A DNA stretch of 64,000 nt from the NCBI GenBank assembly GCA_905178155.1, contig CAJINV010000001.1, positions 11,887,832-11,951,831 of the forward strand. The letters are read 5' to 3'. The position numbers were made by a program, and so were the translations under genes. The notes under the pieces are model-generated. The model saw nothing but the letters and a program-made list of their open reading frames with translations, ran no database searches and was not told the DNA's origin. The stretch is from Amoebophrya sp. A120. Its lineage: Eukaryota; Protista; Dinoflagellata. Positions 26,713 to 36,666 of this stretch are shown here, piece by piece; the stretch's first letter is position 1; every line of letters begins with the position of its first letter.

Positions 26713-29700
26713 ATGAGTCTCTTTTTGAGCACTCGCAAGCGCGGCGGAGGCGGGCGCCCTTTTCGATGGCGAGACCGCGGCACAGATGAGACGCGATCTG
26801 TCGCCGGTGGAACGCGGAATGCCAATGTGCCTCCGATCCTGTTTGCACCAGAGTTCGACGGCGCAACTGGTGCGGAAGAAAACCGCGATGAGTTAGACCC
26901 GCCGACAGTTCGAGAACTTGAACCAGCTGCGGACCCGTTGCAAAAGACGGTAGTGAAGGCCGTGCGATTCGCGACAGATCTAGTTTCTTCGCCGTCAGAA
27001 GTAGGGGAGAGCGTGCCTGTTGCAGCGGTGCCGGACAATATTAAAGCTGCCTCGGATGGTGCAGCTCCACAGTCAGCCATTGTAGTCACCGGACTGCCAG
27101 TGGATGATCAGAGTAAAAACGAAGACTCCTTTCTCTCAGCTTTCCAGAACGCCTTTGGAAAGCAAGACTTTTCCAAGATCCACCAAAACATTTTCGGCGA
27201 GGAAAAGAAAGCACGTAATGAGCCTGTGAAGGCGAACGCGGACGCTGGCGAAGCTGCGGAAGACGAGAAGCCGCAAAGTACCAAAAGTGTCGGTGCACAG
27301 TGGGATGCGCATGCCGATCAAGGCACAGGCACTGCCGCAGCTGCTTTCTCGCAGCAGGCAGTGGCGGCGTATAACGCTGCGTCAGCACACGCAGACGATC
27401 ACAGTTACCACTACCCTCCGGAGTCGGTTGAGGTCCAGGGTACGGTGGTGAAAGACCCAAATACGGCTAGTAATAATGCAGCGCAATCGTACGAACAGGT
27501 GGTCTATCCCGGTTATGCAGGTGATACGGCAGACGCAGAGAAGCCGCAGTCTACTGCCGCTGCAGAAGCTGTACAACCCCCCACCGACTCTTTCTTCTCC
27601 GCATTTCACAAGATGGTCACCAGCCCGTTTCGCAGCAGCAAGCAGTTCCCGGCCGATGTCACCCTCCTCCCGTCGACGCAACGGAAACGCGAAGCCATCT
27701 GGAGCCCCGATCGGCAATTCCGACGGCGTAGTACACGGCCGGAGGGGAAGAGGGGCCCAATCCCGCACTGGTCGCGCAGCGGGGTGAATTTCGCTTCCAG
27801 GGTCGTCGCTCCGAAAGTGTTTCCGCAGTTAAAGCAGACGGTGCTCGATCAGCTCGGACATGATCTTCATGAGAACAAACAGGAGGAAGAGCTGGTTGTG
27901 GTTTCGCAAGGACCTTCGCAGTGGCAACAGGGAAAAGTTTTGGTGAACAGCGGACTGGAAAACGCAGGGCTGTTCTACGCTCCGAAGACGTCGAAAAGCC
28001 GGTTTGAAGAGCACCGGCTCAACCCCCTGTTTGGCGGTCGAGACGCTATCCACAAAAACGACGAGGCGGGGATTCTGAAGAGGGCGGTGGATATTTTCGT
28101 GGAGCGCAGCGCTGCCGTGATCAAGAGTTTGGACGAGGATGAGGAGTCGATCTACAGTCTGACCGAGGACGGTACGAGACGGAAGAGAGGGAAACTAAAT
28201 CTTCGCGACGATGCAGGAACTACAGATGGAGCAGATCAAGTACTGGGCAAGAAGAAATACAACGAGGAGGACTTCGAAGATTGGCTGAAGGCGAAGAGTG
28301 CTTCGCAGGCAATTATTATACAAGAAAAAAACGTTGTTAGTGTAAATTTGTGTTGCAGAACATGCAACAGAGTTACACCTGTCATGCCAGACAGCCATGA
28401 AGCCCTCTTTTCATGTGTGTTTTGCCGTACAAGCCACGCATGACAGGTTTTGTCTGTCATGTAGAGCAAATTTGTTATGCTGTTCCTCAAAGAAAGTTAC
28501 ACTTACACGCTTTTTTTTCTGGATAATTATGGATGCGCCGGGCATGATGGACTTCGAAAGGGCGCAGCGGAAGTACGAGCGGGACGTGAAGCGGACCTGG
28601 GACGGCATCCTTCGGGGGAAGATTAGTGACGGCAAACTGGAGAGTACGGTGACGGATTTGGTGCGAAGGGGAAATGAATTGGAGGAAGCGAAAACCTCAT
28701 CAAGCGGCAAGAAAGCGGGAGCTGTTGCTTCTGGTGGCGCTGATGTTGAGAAGGGCAAGGGCAGTGTCGATGCGGCGAGGAAAGCGGTGACGAAAGAACT
28801 TGGCGGTGCCTACTCTGGCAAGTTGTTCACTGCGACGGATGAGCCCAGCACAGCTATAAGCACGGCAGGCACTCTTTCTTCTCCTCCTAACGAACAGAAG
28901 CCACTAGGAGCTCCTACGCAAGTTAACGCGCCAGAGCAGAAATCGTGGGCAGCCTTTCTCCCCGACAAAGACGAAACAAGGAGGAATCAGGGACGAGAGA
29001 ATGGGCTTCTCACCGACGCAGAGCGCAGGCGTAGGTTCCTGGAGTGGCAAGGCCGTGGAGACTTCGAAACGGACGCAACGGCTACTCTCGGCCCGTGGCG
29101 CAATATGGTGGATAAGCAAAGGCGAAACGACCCGGATCCTTTGTTTCAAAACCAAAGCGCGGAACCGCCGTTCGACGCACAGGACGCGGCTTTGCAGGAA
29201 GTACGACGGGACATGGAGATAGCGAGGTTGGAGGAGCAGCGGCAATCTTTGAGGAAGGAAAGAGACCACGACCAAGGAAGTAGAGGTTCTGTTACAGAAA
29301 AGGCCCAGCCTGCTGCAGTTCCCCCTCGCTGGACGGCTGAAGAAACCGCGGATATGCAACAGGTAGTGGAGAAGCCGTATGTCAGAAGTAGTAGAGAATC
29401 CGTGGTTTCGAAATCTCCGACGTCTCCGGCGCGCAGTCCTAGTCCGGTTGTGCAGAAAACATATGGCAATGGGAAATACTTTTTTCTGAAAACTTTTTTT
29501 TTTTGCCACATATAAATTACCCGTCGCGGTGAGTAGATGGCTTTTTGCCGGCAAAAATCGACTGCGTGGCAACAGCGTCTGCAGTGGTATCCTGAGCTCG
29601 CTAGCCTGACGGCAAGAAGAGTACCGCACTCGGGGCTCACTGCGTCATGGCTTTGGGTCCGGCGTGGCCGGCGTAGATGTCGGAATGCCAGCCCCTACAG

Positions 29701-31715
29701 TGCTGCCGCTTTAATGAAAGCAATACGCGGGCAGCCCAAGGCCGGACGTGCTGCGGGTTGGAGCCAACAGCAGGCCCACGCCCCAGCAGGAGAAACAGGC
29801 GCCCGCGCGCAATTTCAAAATAATTCAAATCCATGCGCAGCAGCGCTGACGACAGTGATGCCAGGGCCGCGGCGCTCCTCCGGGCCTGGGTCTCGGGGTG
29901 CGGTTCTTCGCCCCAGCCTGCTTTGCCAGGAGGCTAGCAGAGGTCCCTCCTCGGCTGCAAGTCGAAGTCCTCGGGGGTCCCCCCAAGGGGTCCTTCAAAC
30001 CCCCCCCCCCTTTTGGGGCCTTTGCCGAGAGCTACTCCCCATTGATATCTCCACGAAGGGGGGTCCCCCAAACCCCCCCCCTCAAGGGGGGGCCCGGCCG
30101 CGCTTTTTGTTTCCGCAAGTTTGCGGCTTTTGCAAAAATGTGTCTGGAACACTGACAGCGCGAATTCGGCCAAGACGGGGATCTGTACAGCCTGGCCCGG
30201 AACAAACCCAAAGGCGCCGAAGTTCTCAGCCTGATCTGTATTTGTCCATTGGGGCACTTCGAAAGCTGGGGCGGGCGACGTCTAGAGGCCACGCGCGTTT
30301 CAGACAGCCGCATCTAAGCGAGCCATTCAGAATTTCGCTGACTTACCCTGAGCCTCCGCCCCATACACAAAGGCCGCGGTGGGGGCATTGTGTGTCAAGT
30401 ACCTTGCAGCCAGAGCGCCAAGGACCGAATCCATGGCCGCGGCTACTCCGGAGGCCGCATCTCTTTTGCGTCCCAGGTAGCTAGCTAAGTACCAAGAGCC
30501 GTCTACCCGCTTAGACAGATCTATTCTGCGCGTGCCCGCTTGTATGCCTATTGAGTGCCGTGAGTGTAAGATCATATGTGGCGAAAAAAAAAGTTTTTTG
30601 AAAAAAGTATTTCCCATTGCCATAAAACAAAATCTCCGACGTCTCCGGCGCGCAGTCCTAGTCCGGTTGTGCAGAAGAGAATCCGCCGCGTCACGGCGGA
30701 TCGACAGTGGGTGAACAGTCCGCACTTCCATCGGTCTCCGGACGGGAGTCCAGCCGATGGTGCTCGCGGAGTGCTGCACTGGGCACGAGACGCCATGACC
30801 AGCAGCAAAAAGCCTGATGGCGATTCTTTGTCTCGAAGCCGGCTAGACGCGAGTAAAGCTAGTGTAAGTAAAGATTCGCGATATCTGCTTACACACAGCG
30901 AAGGAATGCAGCATGGTCGTGGCCACCATCACCACCACCACCATCACCATCATCACAGGGAGCATCACCATCATCGTCGTGACGACAATATTCTGAAGCA
31001 GGTGGAGTGGACACTGTCTCATCGCACAAAGAAAGAGATGGAAGACGAAGAGATCAATGACTTACTGCAGCAAGATCAGCGCACCTTCTTTGGCATGGAA
31101 ATGTCTGCGCGCGTCGACGCCTCGTTAAACGAAAAGGATTGGCTGCGGAAAGAGTGGAGCTATCGGTTTCCAAGGACTTCTACACCTAGCTTCGGTGCAG
31201 GCGGCTCTACGAGTGGAAGACCGTCGCATCGTGAGCAGAAATTGTCCGGCACGCTGAAAACTCGGGCGGGGGGACCCGCACCCCCGATTGTTCCGGTTGA
31301 TGATGATGCGAAGGCGGGAGAAGCGGAACACGACGCCTGGATAGCACCGGAGCCGCAGAATGGTAGAAAGCCCAGAATCGTTGACAAGAGCGTGCAGTCA
31401 CCGCCACAGAAGTCGCCAGACCACCAGAATGCCCTGGCTTTTCTTCCCTCTCCCAAAGATTTGCGTGCAGCTTTGCGCGCGGTGAGGCAGGAGCTGCTAT
31501 TGCAGAATCTGGAACGAGGTAGTAGTTCATCATCCAGCAGCTCTTCTTCCAGCTCGAGTAGTGCTACGGGGGAATCGGCAACCGAGACTACTGAAGAAAG
31601 CATCGACAGCTCGGAAATATCGCGCCTTGCGAGCAAGATCGCGGACGAGGAAATGAAAGAGATGGAAAATGCAGAAGAAACAGTAGGAGGAGTCCTCAGC
31701 GACGCGGAGACTTAG
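26713..31715 (+). CDS. Hypothetical low-complexity protein, about 1206 aa, with poly-His and poly-Ser tracts; exons 26713-28316, 28531-29461, 30630-31715
   Basis: Three ORFs in different frames (26713, 28397, 30576) join in frame when two TIR elements plus one TSD each are removed. Confidence 0.75.
28317..28525. mobile_element. IR introner, family G (209 bp)
   Basis: TATACAAGAAAAAAACGTTGTTAGTGTAA / TTACACTTACACGCTTTTTTTTCTGGATA; TSD ATTAT at 28312-28316 and 28526-28530; excision gives SQAIMDAPGM. Confidence 0.9.
29411..30676 (+). repeat. Perfect 47-bp direct repeat (29411-29457 and 30630-30676) bracketing the large introner
   Basis: AAATCTCCGACGTCTCCGGCGCGCAGTCCTAGTCCGGTTGTGCAGAA occurs twice and encodes KSPTSPARSPSPVVQK. 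Confidence 0.95.
29462..30624. mobile_element. Large foldback-like IR introner, family H (1163 bp)
   Basis: About 50-bp TIR TATGGCAATGGGAAATACTTTTTT...GCCACATAT; TSD AAACA at 29457-29461 and 30625-30629; degenerate inverted matches continue inward; excision is in frame. Confidence 0.9.
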
Positions 31716-32061
31716 TTCTTTCGCTGGCGCGGCTTCTTCGAGGCTTTGGCTTTCATGCACTTCCACGTCGTAGATACAAATGATCCTGGGATGAATATCT
31801 GCAATGCTCAAGCTCAACGTCGTTGATCGTAAGTTGTTCGCAACCACTCCTCCTCGTCGTCTTCATCGTGGACTAGAATCGAGTCGTCTTTCATCTCGCG
31901 ATGAATCGTGAATGCCCTGGAGTTCGACGACATCGCTTCGCCTTGCAAAACTGCCCCCTCGATGATGTAATCGAGAAGTGTGATGCAGGAGTAAGACAAC
32001 AATAGTAGAGGCGGACTTCGATTCTAAAACAGATAAACACACGGAAGTTAATTTTGACAAA

Positions 32062-32946
32062 ATGGATTTCAAGGTTGCGGAGAAGAATCTTCTCGGCGCT
32101 GCCGAGGAAATGATGTCCCCGAAGCGCCAAACTTTCCAGCACGGGGACCACGAAGACAACACCGATAGGGATCACAATAAAGCCGAACCAGAAATAAGCA
32201 AAGAGAAGGAGCTGCAGGAGCGGCACAAGCATTGGCAGCACGTGGAAAAGAATGAGCAGGATGGAATTCACCACCGCAAAACCGTCCTGGACGGGGACAG
32301 CGACGCCTGGCACGAGGAAGACAGTACGGAGCAGTCGGACGCGAATTCCGACCAGATTCCCTTACATTCGAACAGCGAGGGGTCGGACCGGGTCGTTCTG
32401 CATTCCGCACTGCAATCCGACTGCGACAGCGGGTTCGCGTCCCAGGACGAAAAGCTGGAACTGGACAAAAACCTCGGGATAGCGACGCACAAAATGGCGC
32501 TATCGCAATTCACCCGGCAGAGCGCGGAGTATGTGGCGCACCTACACGACGGGGAACTTGTTGACGTGCAGAAAGCGGTCCGGGAAGCGATGAAAACAGA
32601 TATGGAAAAAGCCTTAGAGCGGACTTTCAAAGAGCTGAAAATCGACAAAAAATACCGCAACCCCCCGCCGGAGGAGGAAGAAGTAGGAGAAGCAGGAAAA
32701 AGCAGAAAAAAAGTGTCGTTTTCGACTGGTAAGAGCGGAAAAGCAACAGCAAAGGCGAAAACGAAAACCCCTGAGCCCAAGGCTGTAGGTGTAGCTGCGG
32801 CTGCGGAAAGCAGCGACACAGCTACTACAGTCGATGGTACACGGAGCAGGCGACCAAAGGCAAAAGCAAAGAAGAGAACTAGTGCTGCTTCCCGTAGTGC
32901 ATCAGTAGGGAAAGTAGAAAAAGATGACCAACAGGACGATACTTGA
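32062..32946 (+). CDS. Hypothetical protein, 294 aa
   Basis: ATG-initiated ORF with coding-like GC composition, in line with neighbouring genes; no recognisable domain. Confidence 0.65.
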   Translation: MDFKVAEKNLLGAAEEMMSPKRQTFQHGDHEDNTDRDHNKAEPEISKEKELQERHKHWQHVEKNEQDGIHHRKTVLDGDSDAWHEEDSTEQSDANSDQIPLHSNSEGSDRVVLHSALQSDCDSGFASQDEKLELDKNLGIATHKMALSQFTRQSAEYVAHLHDGELVDVQKAVREAMKTDMEKALERTFKELKIDKKYRNPPPEEEEVGEAGKSRKKVSFSTGKSGKATAKAKTKTPEPKAVGVAAAAESSDTATTVDGTRSRRPKAKAKKRTSAASRSASVGKVEKDDQQDDT

Positions 32947-33291
32947 GGGCCATGTTGACCGACCAGCCAGAAATCTGTGATTGAGCAGTCGCAAGAAGAT
33001 CCTTTTTGACGCGATCGATCTTCGTTCCTATGTATCGCTTACCCTGCGCTGTTTGTTCTACCTTGCTTTTCATGTTTTTGACTCATGCCAAGGCTCTTCT
33101 GTCTCAATGTAGATCCCCTGTCTGTCGTCTCAACGCAGGTCCGATCATGGTGGTGGACGGTTTCTCAACGCACTCGTTTGTTTGTCGTGGCGTCAACATG
33201 ATCTTGTCGACAGCAACTGATTGATCTTTCATCACTCTCGTTCGGTGACAAGAAGTTTGAGAAATAGGTGCTAAAACTTTTTGACGGTCCG

Positions 33292-36060
33292 ATGGATTAC
33301 CTCCGCAGCTGCCCCTTCGGTTGTGCACGTGCGAGAGAGTTCTCTTCAAAGTTGTCGAATCGCCACCCCTTTATTTTGCGATCAAAAACAAATTTTACGT
33401 TCTCCCTAGCTAATCCCATTCAAAGGAGTTACGATGCCCCCAAGAACCAGTGCAGACCCTTCAGCAGCGTGCCAAAATTCAACTGCTACAAAGTTCTCAA
33501 GGTTTCTGCTTCTGCGTCAAGCGCGGACATCAAGAAGGCTTACATCGAGGAGGCAAAGAAGCACCATCCAGATACCGGCGGTAGTGCGGAGCAGTTCAAA
33601 AAGGTGTCCGAAGCCTACGAGGCCCTCACAAAAGACAGGAAGGGGCACGACCAAGTGCACGAAGGGACGAGGAGTAGTAGTAGTTCCTCAGCAGCATCGG
33701 GCGGTGGAACATATGATACTAAATCATCCTCCTCCACCGGGGGGGCTCAAAGTAGAGGGTCATCTTCTACGAAAAATCCGTTCGACTTCAATACCGGCGG
33801 TTTTTCGTCGTCCAGTCGGCCAGATTTTGGGTTCGACTTCCGGAGTTACGACAGCAGGTCGGCGCCAGGATCGTCCGGCAGCTGGTACAGTGATTACGGG
33901 GTGCACGAGGCAGAGGGGTACGAAAATCCTTTTGACAACTTCGATGTGTATGGAGCGAAAGGTCGTTGGGGCCGCAGCGGTGCTGCGGGTCGTTCAACAT
34001 CCGCCTCGTCTTCATCAACGAGAGACAAGAAGCGGCGGAGCAGCGCACCGGGATCCGCGTCCACGTGGGGCGCGTCGCCAGGATATAATGGGCAGAGTTC
34101 TTCGTGGGGGAGGGGGAAGAGAGGTAGCTCTTGGAACTACCGGAATAATTTCGATGAAACTGCTTTCTACGACGAGGACGAGTACGAGGCGTATGAGGCG
34201 TTTATGCAAGAGAAAATAGCCCGGAAAGCCGCGAAGAAGGCCGAAAAACGACGGCGGGAGCAGGAAAACATGCGAAAAATGTACGAAGATTTCGGAGCAG
34301 CTGTCAATGGGGAAAACGAGGATGTTTACGAGGAGTTCGAGATGTATACAAGGAGACCTCGGGGCAACAAGAAGCCTGCGGGCAAAGTAGATAAGGGCAA
34401 GGAGGAGGACGCGAAGACCAAAAAGGGTCCGGCCGAGAAGAGCGCGAAAGAGCCTGATTCTTCTCAAAAGTTCGGACGTGACAAAGCTGAGGACGGCGCG
34501 GAAAGGCAAAACAAGGAAAGTCGGGGGACCACGAAGGAGTCATCTAATGCGCGAAAGCCAAAAAGTGAGAAGGTTCGAAGCGCGTCTCCGAAAGAACCTG
34601 CGGGGGACAAAAAACCTGCATCCGGTTCAGAAAAAGTCGCAGCTGCACCATCGTCGAGCTCTGCCAGACTTGACCAGCCGTCGCTGTTGCGTGTGAGCTG
34701 CTCCGACTTCCCTCGTATCGCGGGGGTGTACCTGCGACTCACTCGGCTTGCGAAAAAGCATTGGCAGGTGTTTGAGAAGCTTCCCGATAGAATAGCGTCG
34801 GATGAAGGTTGTGCCCCTCGCACTGGCCATGAGCCGTGTTTTTTCAACCGGTTTGTGATGCCTCCTTCGAAAATCGAAAAGCAGTCGCAAAACTCTGAAT
34901 CGCAAGGAAAAACGCAGAAGAAAAACGAGAATCTGGTTTCCTTCTTTAGCACCTCGCTTCTGCAGCACCAGTGCGGGCCACGGAGTCAATTTGTTGGTAC
35001 GGACGAAATTGCTGGGAGCGCTTCCTCTCGATCCACCGTGGCCGAGCGACAGCTCCAGTATGTACAGGAGATCGTGAACAACGAGAGCACGGATGATCAT
35101 GCTGGTATTCTATTCCGGCTGCATCACACGGCTTCAGGGAAAAATCTGTCTTTTTGCTCCCTGGGTCCGTCGTGGGTGACGGGCGAAATCGTTCGTGGAG
35201 CGTATCGCGTTACGAGCAAATCAGAAGGAAACCCGACGGAAGTTCAGCTGATGATCGAAGACGAAAATGCCTGCGAAAGCGCGTCAGACCCTTCGCAGTG
35301 GTCACTGCCAGCTTTGGACTTTTTCCTGCGAAGCAGACATCTGTTGACAGAGGACGCGAAATTATCTCTAAGGTCGGACTACGAGGGTATGGTTTCCACG
35401 TTTCTCGCAACGACGCGCCACAAGGTGTATGAGTCGTCGGAAGCGGCGGGAACAGGGGGCAACAACACACAAAATGCGAACTCCGCTGCTGATGAAGAAG
35501 AACGCTGTAGCAGTGATTTCTCTTCTTCGACAGTAGAGGACGATTCTTACGACGGAAATAAATCTTCTCCCGAGGTAGACGCGGACGACAGAGAAACCCA
35601 GGAGCACGAGCAGACCCAGTTTGATCCAAATGCGTGGCAGAGTGACCACAACTTCTGCGGTTCGACGCATATACCTAATATCGACGAGGATGACGCTGAC
35701 ACGCCCCGGCACCGCAATTTCCGGGGGAATGGAACAGCAAAAAGTCAAACGGAGGACAAAACAAAGAGCAAGGCGAAAAAATCGTCTCCAACCTCCTGGA
35801 GACGACATGAAAGTAAACTAGGAAAAAAACAGAGCCACTCTCAGGCGAACAAGAGTAGTGCTAGGGCGCACAGCTTCGTTGATCACCATGCCTATTCTTT
35901 CTTCACCATTGACCCGTATACGGGAAGTGCGCGGAAGCACCGTCGGAATCCTATGGTCGTTGTCCCTCGTGTGAAAGGGTCGAACCGTACCCGCGATAGG
36001 CGGGGCAACTTGAACTGCAAGAAGAGGCAGCGGTCTCGGTACGATTGTTACGATTGGTGA
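33292..36060 (+). CDS. DnaJ (J-domain) protein, about 920 aa, possible organellar presequence; start uncertain
   Basis: YKVLKV...AS.ADIKKAY...AKKHHPD.GG..EQFKKVSEAYEAL (HPD motif), followed by a G/F/S-rich region; the N-terminus is R/S/F-rich. Confidence 0.85.
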   Translation: MDYLRSCPFGCARAREFSSKLSNRHPFILRSKTNFTFSLANPIQRSYDAPKNQCRPFSSVPKFNCYKVLKVSASASSADIKKAYIEEAKKHHPDTGGSAEQFKKVSEAYEALTKDRKGHDQVHEGTRSSSSSSAASGGGTYDTKSSSSTGGAQSRGSSSTKNPFDFNTGGFSSSSRPDFGFDFRSYDSRSAPGSSGSWYSDYGVHEAEGYENPFDNFDVYGAKGRWGRSGAAGRSTSASSSSTRDKKRRSSAPGSASTWGASPGYNGQSSSWGRGKRGSSWNYRNNFDETAFYDEDEYEAYEAFMQEKIARKAAKKAEKRRREQENMRKMYEDFGAAVNGENEDVYEEFEMYTRRPRGNKKPAGKVDKGKEEDAKTKKGPAEKSAKEPDSSQKFGRDKAEDGAERQNKESRGTTKESSNARKPKSEKVRSASPKEPAGDKKPASGSEKVAAAPSSSSARLDQPSLLRVSCSDFPRIAGVYLRLTRLAKKHWQVFEKLPDRIASDEGCAPRTGHEPCFFNRFVMPPSKIEKQSQNSESQGKTQKKNENLVSFFSTSLLQHQCGPRSQFVGTDEIAGSASSRSTVAERQLQYVQEIVNNESTDDHAGILFRLHHTASGKNLSFCSLGPSWVTGEIVRGAYRVTSKSEGNPTEVQLMIEDENACESASDPSQWSLPALDFFLRSRHLLTEDAKLSLRSDYEGMVSTFLATTRHKVYESSEAAGTGGNNTQNANSAADEEERCSSDFSSSTVEDDSYDGNKSSPEVDADDRETQEHEQTQFDPNAWQSDHNFCGSTHIPNIDEDDADTPRHRNFRGNGTAKSQTEDKTKSKAKKSSPTSWRRHESKLGKKQSHSQANKSSARAHSFVDHHAYSFFTIDPYTGSARKHRRNPMVVVPRVKGSNRTRDRRGNLNCKKRQRSRYDCYDW

Positions 36061-36666
36061 AAAAGTACTAAGTTTTTGGCTCAGAGGAGAAAATGAAATG
36101 AATCAGAACTGAAAGAAGTTCAAAGACGCCACAACATAGGTTCCTAATGAAAGAACAATTATGTCGGCTTTTGCTGTTTGGCAAGAACCTTAGTGTGCCC
36201 AGTAGTGTCGGTCCTAAAAATAGCCCTAACATTGGAAAAAAAAAAGTAAGCCAGGAATAGCTTATTCTCGGTTCTTTCAGTGCATGTGCATCTAGTATAA
36301 CATCTCGGTTTTCTAAGTAGATTCACTTCTAGCCTCGTGCTTTCGGTCTATTTGCCTCGTCCACATACACCATTCGTTTTTTTCGTCCAACGATTATCGG
36401 TTTTCTTTTGTTGATACGGTATTGCAGTCGCGCTTCTTTTCTGCGATCGTTCATGTCGTCTGCGTTAAAAATTTTCAATCTTGCGACTTTGCTACCAGGT
36501 ACCCCCCAAAATATCTGGATCACTACACAAGAAGCCTATCCCATATTTTCCTTTGCGCGCATTATACACGAACTAATTCGTTTAACTGATTTTCGACTTT
36601 CCCGCACTGTGACTGTAGTTTTAGCCTCTACATTCCTCAAGTCCTTTTTGAAATCGCTAGCCACAA

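Noticed and set aside
29537-30484. 315-aa ORF inside the large introner as a candidate transposase
   Set aside because: P/G/R/A-rich translation of GC-rich, homopolymer-laden DNA; no DDE, HUH or RT motif recognised.
36074-36083. TTTTGGCTCA resembling part of the dinoflagellate spliced leader
   Set aside because: Only a 10-nt match, just after a stop codon and about 580 bp from the next start; compatible with chance.
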